From Octopus sinensis (lineage: Eukaryota), in assembly GCF_006345805.1 (NCBI RefSeq), contig NC_042997.1, positions 63,240,001-63,304,000 on the forward strand: a stretch of DNA of 64,000 nucleotides. The letters run 5' to 3'. The position numbers were made by a program, and so were the translations under genes. The notes below the pieces were generated by a model. The model saw only the letters and a program-made list of their open reading frames with translations, was not told the origin of the DNA and did not search any database. Below are positions 56,031-64,000 of the stretch, in pieces (positions within the stretch are counted from its first letter, which is position 1; every line of letters starts with the position of its first letter).

Positions 56031-57230
56031 TGTCTGATCAAATTAGTTAATAGTATGCCACCTCCAGCTATTTCTAATCAAATTAGTTACTTCTATTCCA
56101 CCTCCATCTAGGTCTCTCGTCAAAGCCAATTTAACAATTTGAATCTATATTTCTTTCCCATATAGATGGAGACCCAATCATTTGGAACACCTTCAGTGCA
56201 CATGATTTCACCTGTAACTGATTTTACCTGATTTACAGACCTTCAAATTGATTGATAGCCACTGGCACATAACAACATTTCTAGCGAAATGTATACCTCT
56301 CACACATATGAAAAATATCATCCATGCATGCATATATACATACATACATATGTGTGGGGGTGCGTGTGTATATGTGTGAAGCTGGCTTGCTCAGTGGCTA
56401 GAGTATTGTACACACGATCGCAAGATCCTGGTTTCGATTCACTGATCGGACGGTGTGTTAATTTTCCGATGTAAATGAGTGAACACGCAACAGATCGGCG
56501 TCCCAGAGGGAATGTTGTTATCTTGGTCAATTATACGCCAAGAAAACCAAATAGCAGCCTTATGTGCGTAGGAAGTTGAGGCAGTACTAAGTGAATACAC
56601 ATACAGAAAACGCATATGTGTGTGTGATTGTATATATATATACATATGAGGTGGGTGAGTAGTTTGAATTATTTGAGATATTGATTGGAATTTTTATACA
56701 TTAATTATCAAGCATGACGATGTTGTGTATTCTTGAAAGAAAATATATGATTTAATTGAAAGCTTTTAGCTGTAATATTAATGAGAGAAGAAAATCGAAA
56801 TGTGCAAAAGCGTGAAAAACATATCTTTTATTTCTCTTATAATGCAAATAGTATTCAAAAACATATCATTTTAAAGAATAAATAACACAGAGTCTTTGGT
56901 ACTCATTCGAGAGAAAATTGTGAAAAAATAAGTAAAGGAAATGCATCATTGAAGTAAACTAATTATCTATATTTTCATAAAAAATAAATACTTCCTTCGT
57001 AAATAAAACGTCCACACAAAAAAATGTAAGTCGTAAATTAGGCGCAACATAAAAAAAGAATCCGGTTAAATGTATGGGTTTGTTTCAACATATTAAAGAA
57101 AAACGACAATTTAGAATCTAATTTATTTCTTGGAATCTTTGAGGGAGATATATTTGATATATAGGCGAGTCAGTATACAATCCGTTCTTCTAATACACAC
57201 ACGCACGCACACACACACACACACACACAT

Positions 57231-57284
<54 letters not shown>

Positions 57285-57556
57285 TGAGAGATGGAGAAAG
57301 ATTAGAGATCTATACATAGCAAATTTTTGTATATAAAGATGGATGTGGAAATAGCACAGAGACATGTTCTTGATCCCCTCAGACAGACGACAAACTGATT
57401 TTTCTTCAAACTTTTATAAGTTGCTACTGATATTCGATAAAATGACATTCATCGAAACGGATAATATTTTCTTTAAGTAATATTTTCGATCATTTATGTC
57501 AAATTCCTCTTAAATTGAAATGCCCTACACTTACTTCTGTGCTATTTCCACCTCCT

Positions 57557-57602
<46 letters not shown>

Positions 57603-57606
<4 letters not shown>

Positions 57607-59025
57607 CAGGGAATATACTTCAAAACTTAAAAGGGAAAGTCAATTTAGCAATACTAAATCAAATTTCACAATATATATGTATATAATTAAGAGAAATAAC
57701 CGCCATTATGTATTTCGTTAGAGAAAGACATTTATACTATAGGGAAAAAATTCAATATACTATAATAAATACTGTTAAAAAACACTAAATTAAATAAAAT
57801 TTAAATTGACTACGCGCATTTAGTGACTATATCTTTAAATCGATACTATTAAAATTAATTCGATTTAAAAATATAGCCACTCTTCAGGTCTAAAATAATA
57901 ATAACATTAATGTATTCTCTTTTCTCTTTTCTCTCTTTTATATATATCTTAACATATAATAATTAAGTATAAAAATATACGTATCTTAACAATAAATAAT
58001 CGAATAAGATATAACAATATTAATGAACAATAAAATCATAACTTATCTTATTGAACAATTCCAGTTAACTGAAATTTTAAACGTTAAACTGAGAACCTAG
58101 CGTTGCTAAGAAATTTATCACGTGATATAAGTAATAACTATAGAATAAATAGATAGAAATATGTATTTTAGCTGTGTAAATAACAATATGTATTTTAGCT
58201 GTGAAAATAAGAAATAAACTAGATGTAATATACCGTTTACTGGAAAATTCTAAATTCTCAATAATCTAAAACTAAAATACTTAATATATATAAAATAACC
58301 TAAATTTCGATAACTTAATCTATATTCAACAATTTATTTATTCTATAAACACCTTGGTTTAATCTTGTTCTAATTATTTAATATACATTACATAATCTAC
58401 TGCTAATTTATACTCATTATACTACTACAAATTATATCCACAAAAATTAGTAGCATAAATCACAGTTTAAATATATACACAAATTAGCTAAAGTTATTAT
58501 AGAAGTAATTTAACTTATGTTTACATGTAATCTTTTGCTCATCTTAGTTTTAATTATTTTTTTATTATTAGATAGTAATATCTCCATAAATACATTTGTA
58601 CATAGTAAACAAAAATTATTTCCTATTCGATAAGATTTATGTTTTGGAATTCTTCAATAAGATAAGTTATGATTTTATTTTTCATTAATATTGTTATATT
58701 TTATTTATTTTTAAGGTACGTATATTTTTATATTTTATTATCATACGTTAAGATACATAAATTAATTTTATCATTATTTTAGAACTGAAGAGTGGCTATA
58801 TTTTTAAATCGAATTAATTTTAATAGTATCGATTTTATTATTATCGATTTAAAGATATAGTCACGAAACGCGTGTACTCAATTGAATGTTTATTTAATTT
58901 AGAATTTTTTAAATAATATTTATTATGGTATATTTAAATATTTTATTTAATTTTTTAGAATTGTTGTTCTTAAATTCCCCCTTAAATTGAAATGTCTTAC
59001 ACTTCTGTGCTATTTCCAAATCTTT

Positions 59026-59028
<3 letters not shown>
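57603..59028. mobile_element. 1.4-kb AT-rich double-headed element with an HHR in each arm, between (TA)n tracts
   Basis: About 57780-58060 is inverted at about 58650-58910; HHR motifs at 57808-57890 (-) and 58782-58879 (+) with a 21-bp stem II. Confidence 0.8.
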
Positions 59029-59104
<76 letters not shown>

Positions 59105-59179
59105 ATATACATATATACTTGGCTTTGGGATTCAGTTTGCAAGATTATGTGAGTTCGTGTGTTGAATTTTATGTAAGTA

Positions 59180-59498
59180 TGTAATAGGACCACTCCGTCA
59201 GTTACGACAACGAGGGTCCCAACTGATACGATCAACGGAACAGCAAGCTCCTGAAATTAGTATGCAAGTAGCTGAGCACTCCACAGACCCTTAATGTAGC
59301 TCTCAGATTCGGCGTGACACAGAGTGCGACAAGCGTGGCTCTTCGAGATACACGTACTACTCATTTTTGCCTGCTAAGTGGACTAGAGCAACATGAAATA
59401 AAATGTCTTGTTCAAGGACACAACACGTCACCGGGACTTGAACGCACGACTTTACGCTCGCGACCCGAATACCCTAACCACTAAGCCTCGCACCTTCA
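59180..59498 (-). mobile_element. tRNA-derived SINE, family C (CORE-like middle)
   Basis: Minus-strand head ggcttagtggttagg..gttcaagtccc, then gtgtccttgaacaagaca; related head at about 56378-56500 (+). Confidence 0.75.
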
Positions 59499-59574
59499 CT
59501 AAGTATGTATGTATGAATTGTATGCATGGATGTGTGCATGTCTTCTCTGTTTTTAAATATACATACGTTTCTTT

Positions 59575-60790
59575 TTAAATATACATACGTTTCTTCTTTC
59601 TCATTGATTTTCAAAGAGATATTCACATCAGTAGGATAGCTGACTTCTATGACAGTACATACTTCTTTCTTGTCTGTCCCAAACAACAATATCCAGGTTA
59701 TTATTCTTCCATGTGACAAATGTTTTGATGAGAATGTTCCGCTAGAATTCTTTGTGCTGATATTTGTATATGTATTCAATAACAAGAGGTTCTCTATATT
59801 TATCCCAGGATAGTCTTTTTTCGGATTGTTTTTTTGCAACAACGTCATGTCGCATAGGGAGGTTGCACCTTGATGACGCTTTTGGGCAGTTACTAATTGC
59901 ATGTGTGATATCTTCCACAGAAATATGTCATATTCTATAGTTGCGGTTGCATCTTGGAACTCCAAGGCATGTCACTGTCTCTTTTGTGGATTAATTATTT
60001 AGCAGCAATATTTTGTCCTTGGACTGCAAATGCATGACCTTCGAAGTGTGACGTAGCGGTCACGAGTCCAAGAGAAGCTTCGCTTCATGTCAATGATACT
60101 CTCTTCGAGAAACATACACATGTATGGTTTTTTTGGGTTGCTGAATATTTCACCTCCAGGTTTTCTTTGAGTTACCCTAATCCGACTGATTTTGAGATGT
60201 ATAGGAGGTCATTAGGAAGAGAGTCCTTCCCGAGGAGCTCACTTCTAACATGTAGGATACTATTTTCTTCACTTTTCAGCACGAAGTTAATATATTTATA
60301 CTTGCTGCTGTTGTTTAGCGATGTGCATAACCGAGTACTCTTTCTCATTGTATATATTCCCCTCTTTGCACTTTTTGCGGATATGCTTATTGTTGTCTTG
60401 TTGATGATTGTTCCCAATTACATTCTTAATGTCTCCATTCTTCAACCATAACTAAGTCTCGTCTGCTGCGATGTCCCGCATTTGTCTGAGATGCTGACCG
60501 TGATATTTTTTTCTCGCTCATGTTTGTTTTTCTTTTCTTGTATTCCGTTGCCATCTTCACAAATTTTTCCTCTTCTCTGGAAGGTCAGTTCAGTCTTTCT
60601 GAGCTGCTTACCACATACTCGTCTGTATACCGTTTTCTCTAAACTATTTATATCCGTACCTTCCGTGGTATACACAACATATCATCACTGTCTCTGGGAT
60701 GCAGGGATCTATACACGGACGTTATCTTTCTGGTCTTTAAATGAATGGCCCCTATCTCTTTCTTATTCCAGTTCAGGAAAACAGCAAAAT
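59575..60790 (-). mobile_element. R4/Dong-type RLE retrotransposon fragment (same subfamily as 38130-38780)
   Basis: FEGHAFAVQGQNIAAK*LIHKR; LPMRHDVVAK; DKKEVCTVIEVSYPTDVNISLKINEKE. Confidence 0.8.
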
Positions 60791-61781
60791 ATCACATCAG
60801 AGAGACTGCTCGTGTGTTACAGTAGTGATGATTTCCCTTTTCATTCAGTTTTGAGCTAGCAAATTTCTATTCTCCTGAGACATTAATCACCACCACCACC
60901 ACCACCACCACCACCACCACCACCACCACCACCACCACCACCATCGTCATCATCATCATCATCATCATCATTATATAAATGCAATCATGATCAGACGTAT
61001 CTATTTCAAATACACTTAGATATATGCAACAGTCCCAGTGTGGTTGAACAGAGTTGTGTTTGCGCATTGTACAATTTTCACTGAAATATTGAATAGTTTG
61101 TTTCACAATCATGACATACGGGGCGCCATCATATCGCATGACAGCATAGTCAATGTACCTCTATCGTAATTAAGGGTACCCAAGATTAAAATTTCGTAGA
61201 TATTGATTGTAGAAGTGTGTGGCATTGATTGTAATACATGGATAAACAGTAAGGGAAACGCTTCTGCAGCATTACAGTCAAAATCTTTGAGCAACGTACA
61301 CGTTAATGGAATGAACTTGTACTACTTTAGTTTATCCACGATCAATAACCGTGGCAAATAACGTGAGCTGGTGTGCTAAAAACTAAAATGTGTAATGATT
61401 AGTTATTTTATTTAAGTATGATATAAAAGTAGTACAATTACATGGAACTACTTAGTACGGTTTGTGTTTGTAATATGTAATCAATATTCATAGTAATGAC
61501 GTAATTCAACTAATTGTGTATAGAAGGTGAGGAAATAACTTTGGTGTTTTTATAACGTGATTAGTGTTTTAATAATTAGTAACCAGAATCTACTTATAAA
61601 TTTTTTATTACACTATCCTAAAACGTTGCAACGCTTGCTAATGAAAATGAAGACATCTAAATCCATTTATTAGCTGTAAAAATCAGAGATAATGTAACAA
61701 AACATGTCCTAGTGCATTTAAATGAGATTATATAAATATACACATATATATTACGTAGACATACACATTGATGTACATTTA

Positions 61782-61838
<57 letters not shown>

Positions 61839-61884
61839 CTATATATATATACATATGCACACACACACACACACACACACACAC

Positions 61885-61936
<52 letters not shown>

Positions 61937-62274
61937 AATACATGTATATATATGTATATATATTTATTTACATTAAGGGTATTTCTACACGTAAATGCCT
62001 CACGCTATGAAAGACCCTTAAAATCAAAACTTGAATTTAAGAGTCCGTCATATCCTGAGGAATTTATCTGTAGTAATGCCCTTACTGTAGATAAAAATAT
62101 TTACAGGGAATAATTGTAATTGTTTTCCTTATAAGGTTTTCACCTGACCGCATGATAAATTCTTATAAAGATTTTCATTTTAAATTTATATATATATACT
62201 TGGAAGTGGATGCGTGGCGTTCGATCATGTAATAACAAAATAGTAAATAAATCATATGCATATATACATACATA

Positions 62275-62343
<69 letters not shown>

Positions 62344-62367
62344 ATATATATTATATATATATATATC

Positions 62368-62407
<40 letters not shown>

Positions 62408-62655
62408 TTAATAGAAGAAATCCAAGGGAACAATTACAATGTAGTTAGAAGTTGGTTAACTTCGCTTAAGAATCCCAGGAAATAGTCTTGGTATAGTAAG
62501 AATTATTTAGTAGAAAATATCAAAATATAAAAAGAAGACGAGCGCTCGGGAAGTTGGTCATCCATTTATTTCATGAAGTCCGCAACATACGTTACGATGA
62601 GCGCATTCCAAAATGTTCGGCAGGATAAATAATAGTGCACCAATCTCTTTATATA

Positions 62656-62717
<62 letters not shown>

Positions 62718-62799
62718 GTGTGTGTGTGTGTGTGGTGTGTGTGTGTGGTGTGTGTGTGTGTGTGTGCGTGTGTGTGTGCGATGGGTAAATTGCCCCCAT

Positions 62800-63255
62800 T
62801 TTGTATTCTTAATTTTGCGCATTGTTTGTTTTTGAATTTGTCGACTACATAATATAGGTGGGTTGGTTGGTCACCTTCTGTGAGAAGAAACAGCACCATG
62901 ACGCAATTCATTCAGTCACAAATTAGGAAATGACATGCTTCACTGATTGGCATTCGCGCTGGAAGCTCCAATACGAATATTTCAGGGTGTTTGTGTGTCA
63001 ACCTGAGGACAGTACAATCTGAGGATGAACTGTGGGTGATAAAAATCAAACATCCAATGAACATCATGGTGTTTAGAGTGATGACTAGTGATAGCGACGA
63101 TATGCTTCCATTCATCTTCCCAGACAGCCCCGGTCTCAATACGGAGGTCTACATTAAGTGCCTGGAGGAAGTGATTTAGGTCAAGAGGGTGACTAGAAGA
63201 CCCTATATCTGGCAACAGGACAAGTAGGAGAACCCAGTCCTGGCTGTCAGATAGT
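62800..63255 (+). mobile_element. DD37D/maT-like transposase fragment
   Basis: KHPMNIMVFRVMTSDSDDMLPFIFPDSPGLNTEVYIKCLEEV..RPYIWQQD. Confidence 0.8.
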
Positions 63256-63689
63256 TAACATTTTATACTAAGACGAAAACTGACAGAATAGATAAATAAA
63301 TAAATAAATAGATATTAAAGGTATATAACCATCTACACTTCGTTATTTTGACTTCATACACAGACACACAAAATTAATTCAAAGGTACATTAATCTTGAA
63401 TGGATGATTACATCCAAGATTACACTGGTTTGATACTTTATATTATTGGTAAAAAAATTCCATAAAATGAATAGGTCTACATTAAGTACATAATCTATAT
63501 TCTATAAAGAGAAGAAAATGGAGAGTTAACGGGTAATAATTAATTTATTAACATATTGGTTATCATTCCTACGATTGTTTCAATTTATGCTCAATTTATA
63601 AATTACAAATATATGTGATAACTCTTTATGTGTCCGGTCACTTCAGTAATGTAAGTACACCCGTACTGCTGGTGGTTCCTTTTCCTTCT

Positions 63690-63835
63690 TTGGACTTACC
63701 CCGTTCTCTTTTCGACGAAGACATATGCTCGACAGTCTAATTTTTTCTTTTTACCCAGCGTCAAGCTAGTAAATTACCAGAGCACGTCCCCTTGTTGTCC
63801 GTTAATTTTATTATTCGTTTATTTGATTTGACTGT
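63690..63835 (+). mobile_element. pLTR end fragment with degenerate HHR, ending at (TA)n
   Basis: ttcgacgaaga-catatgctc-gacagtc is a decayed version of the motif at 26898-26933; similar 3' tail. Confidence 0.5.
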
Positions 63836-63845
63836 ATATATACAT

Positions 63846-63897
<52 letters not shown>

Positions 63898-63899
63898 AT

Positions 63900-63972
<73 letters not shown>

Positions 63973-64000
63973 GTGTGTGTGTGTGTGTTTGTGTGTGCGT

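Noticed and set aside
62408-62648. TA-flanked unit with CTGCCGA...GTAA on the minus strand; similar TA-adjacent piece at 44795-44888
   Set aside because: Probably pLTR remnants, but I could not fold a credible hammerhead

Overview
AT-rich, microsatellite-dense eukaryotic non-coding DNA. The SINE families and repeat landscape look like an octopus/coleoid cephalopod genome (inferred from recognition, not searched). I find no intact host gene: most ORF-track entries are translations of (TA)n/(CA)n/(TACA)n/(ATT)n or decayed transposon fragments. The window holds three decayed Penelope-like (PLE; RT + GIY-YIG) ORFs, RTE, CR1-group and R4/Dong-type LINE fragments, three tRNA-type SINE families, Tigger/pogo, mariner MITE, DD37D/maT, piggyBac and Helitron remnants. 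The main hidden signal is RNA structure. Reading by eye I find about 8 essentially complete and about 8 degenerate type I hammerhead ribozymes (HHRs) from at least nine families unrelated outside the core. Nearly all lie about 90-220 nt upstream of a (TA)n tract and have a self-complementary stem III. Many sit in 'double-headed' inverted-repeat elements, including a perfect 116-bp palindrome encoding a full HHR on both strands. All folds were done by hand, and most element boundaries are approximate.
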